Part shown: piece by piece, positions 62,200-64,000 of the stretch
Layout of the letters: every line of letters starts with the position of its first letter
Position numbering within the stretch: the first letter of the stretch is position 1
Source: Macrostomum hystrix
Lineage: Eukaryota; Animalia; Platyhelminthes
Direction of reading: 5' to 3'
DNA: 64,000 nt
Assembly: GCA_950097015.1 (NCBI GenBank)
Contig: CATNEN010000001.1
Location: forward strand, 17,236,001 to 17,300,000
The notes under the pieces: generated by a model
Seen by the model: only the letters and a program-made list of their open reading frames with translations
What the model was told of the DNA's origin: nothing
The model's database searches: none
Made by a program: the position numbers and the translations under genes

Positions 62200-62408
62200 A
62201 ACCACATCAATATATGAAAAAACTAATTTCTTAGCTTAAATTTAGCTAATATATGTTTTTTTGGAATAAATGTTACTATTACAACCCTATTTGGCTAGAG
62301 GAATTCTTTCAGTTTAAGGATGGATTAAATATTTAGACATGACTAGCTATAATCAGTGCTGCTCTTGTTGTCATAGACCACATTGAAAACATATGAACAT
62401 ATTTTTCC

Positions 62409-64000
62409 TCATTGATCCTCATTGGGATCAACCTGGGCCTCGTCAGACCCGCTGCTGCTGCTACTACTCGGTGCCGGACGGCGTACCTGCGCACTCGCCT
62501 CAGCAGTGTCAGGCACTGCTTGCACCGCGATATTTCGCTTCTTAACAACTGGCCCAGAGGGAGTTGCAGCATGGCGTTTGACTGCCTGCTGCAAGCGGGG
62601 AAGAGACGGCATGAAGTGTTTGTGCCAATTCGGTGAGCGCTGACCCAAAGGAAAGGGCGCACTATTACCGAATTGACCCCTTAGCAACTCCACCCGTCTA
62701 CTTACCTCTACTGGCCCATTAACTCTCCGAACGACGCCCATTAGCCGCGGGCGCGTGGGCACCCGTTCTTCAGGGTCGTTGTTTTCCTTATTGTCCATTT
62801 GTTTTTCTTATGCTTTTCTTATTTTTCTTTTTGGGCGTCTTCTTGCCACGCTTCGGACAACAGGAATCACTGAAACATTGTAGGTAGGCCGTACATTGCT
62901 CTGATGAAATAGGATTTCCTGCTAGGATCTATTTGTAGCCTTTCCGGCTCTCGCCTTTCTCTCTGTGGCCTCTGCCGCGGCTCTAGCTCCCTAGCCTCAC
63001 CTACTTCCTCGGCCCTAACACTGTCTGCGACTTCCCCGTGTACAGAGGATGGGATAGGGGGCAGGGTTGGAGAGGGCAACGGACTGTCCGACGGCAGGAC
63101 AACCACATCACCAGACGCCTCCCCCGCCTCTTCTCCGTTGCAGAACTCCTGGCCGACCGACTCGTGGAGACTTGACCCAGAGGCAGCCCGCAAGTGCCAC
63201 TGGCGTGCGCCCCTTAGGCCAATCTCGTCGTTGTCTTCTCCGTCGTTGCTGTCCTCTGGTTCGCCGGCCGCGTCAGCTATCGGAGGGCTACCCTGGGGCT
63301 GCCTTCCGCGCTTCCGCTGTGCCGTGCTCACCTCCTTCGTCACCTGAAGTTGTTGACGGAGATGATGTTCTTCCTTGCCTGACAACCTCAGCTCCTCCAT
63401 CGGGTGTCGGATTGCCGGGTCTTGGCGCTGAGCTTCCAGCAACTCAACCTGGCTAACCGGCACCTTCAGGACCACTGCTCTTACCGGAGGCAGCCCTCCA
63501 CTGTACTCGTCCTCCTTGTCCTTGGACCCAGGAGCCCTGGCAGCAGGGGGTATCCTTGACAGGCGAGACTGGTCGCAACGAGTCTGACAACACCCCTCCA
63601 CCTCTGCTCCCTGTCCCACAGAGAGACCAGCAGTCGGCAGGCAGGACTGGCTGCAACGAGCTAACTGCTGATCCTCCTGACCCGAGGACCCTGACACAGC
63701 GGGATCAGTCGCTCGCAGGCAGGACTGGCTGCAACGAGCCAGCGACTTCTCCCGTTTCTGAGAACTCCTCGACAGCAGGATTCGGTGTCTGCAGGCAGGA
63801 CTGGCTGCAACGAGCGGACACTTCCTCCTCTGTCTCCGGACACACCAGAGGCTCCGGACCCGGCGCCTGCAGGCAGGACTGGCTGCGACGAGCGGGCACC
63901 TTCTCCTTTACCTCTGAGCCTTCAGCCACCACTTGGGTCTGCACCTGCGCCATGGCATCACAGCCCCGCACCCAGTGCTCCTCCCTCGTGGCTCCCTGGC
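62409..64000 (-). mobile_element. Deleted Gypsy-like LTR retrotransposon pol remnant plus downstream 129-aa ORF (62409-62798)
   Basis: ELLEAQRQDPAI resembles the pre-integrase linker and RPQRERREPERL resembles the Gypsy Pol C-terminal motif, but the integrase core between them is missing. Frameshifts occur upstream. No LTR is visible. Confidence 0.55.

Overview
Repeat-rich eukaryotic (invertebrate-like) genomic DNA. No prokaryotic operons, CRISPR arrays, rRNA or intact tRNA were seen. In order: (1) 0.2-3.7 kb, three related micro/minisatellites, probably inside introns of a weakly supported minus-strand spliced gene. (2) An intronless 701-aa ORF with no recognisable domain (5616-7721). (3) 33-bp, 24/18-bp and 37-bp minisatellites. 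(4) A TSD-flanked, internally deleted Ingi-like non-LTR element (15445-17496, minus) inserted into a CAG/polyQ tract. It starts exactly with a complete HDV-like ribozyme fold, encodes the last 10 residues of ubiquitin (LHLVLRLRGG) just before its AP-endonuclease start, and keeps an intact RNase H. (5) A 5'-truncated LINE with a 12-bp TSD (18684-21237). (6) A 21.6-kb array of about 17.4 near-identical 1241-bp units with higher-order variant patterns. (7) A frameshifted pseudogene, nested tRNA-derived SINEs, a DNA-transposon end, solo-LTR candidates and a 314-aa Cys/His ORF. (8) Two independently inserted, 2.2-kb, non-coding, stem-loop-rich elements each bounded by an ACCC core. (9) A deleted Gypsy-like pol remnant running off the window end. 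The best candidates for new biology are the ribozyme plus ubiquitin-tail retroelement and the 2.2-kb structured ACCC-core element. All alignments and folds were done by eye, with no database searches.
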